DNA from: Coriobacteriia bacterium
GTDB lineage: Bacteria > Actinomycetota > Coriobacteriia > Anaerosomatales > PALSA-660
Length of the DNA stretch: 64,000 bases
NCBI GenBank assembly: GCA_030651905.1
Contig: JAUSBS010000100.1
Location: 19,892 to 83,891 of the forward strand
Direction of reading: 5' to 3'
How positions within the stretch are numbered: the stretch's first letter is position 1; every line of letters begins with the position of its first letter. Below the pieces are notes generated by a model. That model was not told the origin of the DNA, did no database searches, and was given only the letters and a program-made list of their open reading frames with translations. The position numbers and the translations under genes were made by a program. Shown here piece by piece: positions 63,866 to 64,000 of this stretch.

Positions 63866-64000
63866 GACCTCCGTGGAGGAAGCGGCACGAAAGCACTCGT
63901 CCGCGCCTTGTACGCCTCCCACTCCTGCCCGCCCGCTAGCGCGCGCTCGGTAAGAGGGATGCCCGAGACCATCGTGAGCAGCCACGTGATCGTGATCGGG
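63862..64000 (-). CDS. DUF1295/steroid-reductase-like membrane protein, C-terminal fragment (gene starts beyond window end)
   Basis: Hand translation gives ...PITITWLLTMVSGIPLTERALAGGQEWEAYKARTSAFVPLPPRRS*, which resembles the DUF1295 C-terminus. Confidence 0.55.
   Translation of the reverse strand, partial: PITITWLLTMVSGIPLTERALAGGQEWEAYKARTSAFVPLPPRRS

Noticed and set aside
1-64000. tRNA, rRNA, CRISPR, integrase, transposase, prophage or classical defence-system genes
   Set aside because: I scanned translations and intergenic regions by eye. I found no T-loop GGTTCGA-type motifs, no repeat-spacer arrays and no recombinase-like ORFs. A tRNAscan or cmscan run would be needed to exclude small RNAs formally.

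Overview
High-GC (about 65-70% by eye) chromosomal segment. It is most consistent with an anaerobic member of the Actinomycetota, judging from a class E sortase, an HspR-type dnaK operon, apparently leaderless genes, hydrogenase-maturation and nickel genes, ferredoxins and a multihaem cytochrome. I support about 75 CDS. I saw no rRNA, tRNA, CRISPR array, integrase or transposase. Main blocks are listed in order. (1) 1-8.1 kb: DEAD-box helicase fragment, threonine aldolase, a TAT-lipoprotein DUF362 plus a NapH/NapG-like fused polyferredoxin, a MacB-type ABC pair, and a small multihaem cytochrome c. (2) 8.4-14.4 kb: MFS transporter and the dnaK-grpE-dnaJ-hspR operon with a HAIR-like operator. 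(3) 14.6-22.2 kb: ferredoxin, then a sortase E/epimerase operon. Next come two tandem units, each a c-di-GMP-I (GEMM-I)-like riboswitch leader followed by a secreted minimal HExxH protein, and then a 994-aa LPXTG surface protein with tandem repeats. (4) 22.5-30.2 kb: lon, a DUF6049-like protein, a PIN-TM-TPR protein, trxB and trxA. (5) 30.3-39.3 kb: nikR, cbiQ and cbiO divergent from a cbiM-PDGLE fusion, an unusual zinc-ribbon/HEPN-like gene coupled to hypF, then hypC, hypD and hypE. (6) 39.3-47.5 kb: housekeeping and lipoprotein genes (EamA, pgi, dus, GNAT, SDR). (7) 47.5-64 kb: an accessory-looking stretch rich in regulators (MalT/LuxR, XRE, two TetR) and in DUF membrane proteins (three DUF4386-like, DUF2089 module, DUF1801 pair, DUF2177, DUF1295 fragment). 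The most interesting candidate system is the riboswitch/HExxH/sortase/adhesin neighbourhood at 16.4-22.2 kb. All family calls come from reading the translations and from remembered family signatures. No database search was run.
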